A stretch of DNA of 64,000 bases from contig NC_083288.1 of assembly GCF_963506605.1 (NCBI RefSeq), positions 45,136,001-45,200,000 on the forward strand, given 5' to 3'. The notes under the pieces were generated by a model. The model was not told the DNA's origin and made no database searches. It saw only the letters and a program-made list of their open reading frames with translations. A program made the translations under genes and the position numbers. Positions 62,597 to 64,000 of this stretch are shown here, one piece after another (positions within the stretch are counted from its first letter, which is position 1; every line of letters begins with the position of its first letter). This DNA comes from Zootoca vivipara (lineage: Eukaryota).

Positions 62597-63675
62597 AGCA
62601 ATGCTCAGCACCTTCAATAAAGTAGGAATACCATGGTTCTTTGGGTGAAGCCATGGCTGTTTAAAGTACTTTGATATCACTTTAAATGTATAGTGCAAAT
62701 GAGGCCTTCATGTCCAACATCTGATTGAAACCAGCAGGGCCACTGTAGCGTAAGGAATGACAACCATGCCCTCTGGGTAATCTCAATTATTGAGGTAGGG
62801 AGATAAGAGCTCAGGGAGTTCTTAAGCTGTCCCAGACCCAACTTGCACAGGGCTCTATAAATTAAGAGCCTCACATAAGGAGCACTGTGGAATTTTGAGA
62901 TTTCAAAACTGGTCTTCGGAAAACCAACAGCATATTCTATTGTTCCTGGTCTGGCGGGGGGGGGGGGCAAGCAGTTTTGCCAAGTATAATTCTGGATATA
63001 ACCAAACCGCATCCTCTCATTTCAAGGTTCTATCATTTCAAATTGAGAGGAGGGGGAACAGGTGTTGAATGCTCCTCAGACCAGAGATGGGTTTAGGGAA
63101 ACATGAACAGTTTTTCGCACTGGGCACAGAGCCTTGCGAGCGCCACAACTATGATGTAGAATGGAAGGGGAGAGGTGGAGGGGGGGCACACTGAATTTTG
63201 GCATCACTCAGGGTGTTGCTGAAATTTAAGGTGCCAAGATCTGCCTCTACTTAGCCCCACGAAGAGCTTGATGCACATGGATGGAAAGTTGCTGGCTAGA
63301 CATTCTCCTTTAATGGTTAAAAAAAATATTATATGAGTGAGTGAAACCTTCAACATCAACCCCACCCACTGAAATGGGAGTTTTCCTCCCTGTCTCACCG
63401 TACTTGGGACCATCCAGTGAAGGAGGGAGCATTCCTGATATCCCCTGGGCATCAGCCAAAGGCCTCTCAGGCTCCTATGGAGCCTATCCTTCCCCCTGTG
63501 GTTTGGACTGTGCAAGTATATAGAATGGTGGGCACTCAAGAACTGTGCCACATTGAAAACAATGCCTACATTCATCACAGCACTGCAGCTTTACTGGAGG
63601 TGAGTGTACCTGAATGCAAAAGCTATGCTTCTATTAAGATATGCATGTATTCTCCTTCTGGGAAGCCCTCTAGAT

Positions 63676-64000
63676 CAGTGATGGGCAACCTTTTGAGCTT
63701 GGTGTGTCAAAATTCGCCAAAAAACCGAGCATAACTCGGGTGGTGTGTACTTTGAGAAAAAACCCATAATTTTACGATATTTATAGTTTAAATATCAAAA
63801 GTGTATAATTGTAATATATAACTGTATTTCATAAACCAAAAACTAATTATTTAACCCAACCAAACCAAAAACCCCTTATTTATTACACAGTGCCCAGAGT
63901 TGTTGAGCTTTTGGGGGGAGCTGCTGACCAAAGTTTGGGAGGTTTTTTTGGGTGTGTGTGTGTGCAAAAGTTGCTTTGCTTTTTTGGGGGGGAGGCCCCA
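63676..64000. mobile_element. hAT-like element, truncated by the window end
   Basis: Begins CAGTGATGGGCAACCT where homology to about 55340 stops. Confidence 0.6.

Noticed and set aside
1-64000. CRISPR arrays, operons or other prokaryotic systems
   Set aside because: The sequence is vertebrate with spliceosomal introns; no repeat-spacer array was seen

Overview
This is eukaryotic DNA from a squamate reptile, probably a lacertid lizard (inferred from a Sauria SINE, BovB LINEs and Penelope-type repeats). It spans the junction between two chemoreceptor clusters. The left 35 kb holds three tandem, apparently intact six-exon vomeronasal type-2 receptor (V2R) genes on the minus strand, plus the promoter-side flank of a fourth V2R that lies left of the window. 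The right 28 kb holds four intact single-coding-exon class II olfactory receptor genes on the plus strand: two unassigned paralogs, one OR10G6-like and one OR10S1-like. The V2R and OR clusters meet head-to-head about 1.85 kb apart. Introns and spacers are packed with transposons whose ends and target-site duplications (TSDs) can be read directly: BovB, L1/Tx1, L2, Sauria SINE, solo LTRs, hAT and Tc1/pogo MITEs, a Helitron, and two Penelope-like insertions with hammerhead-ribozyme motifs. There is an assembly gap at 59182-59319. The most notable items are a hammerhead core inside an 86-bp inverted repeat upstream of V2R-2, a mosaic middle V2R gene, a short HAL1-like retroposon, loss of near-invariant residues in three ORs, and a possible conserved overlapping uORF in the V2R leaders. 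Orthology and repeat-family names come from recognition, not from database searches.
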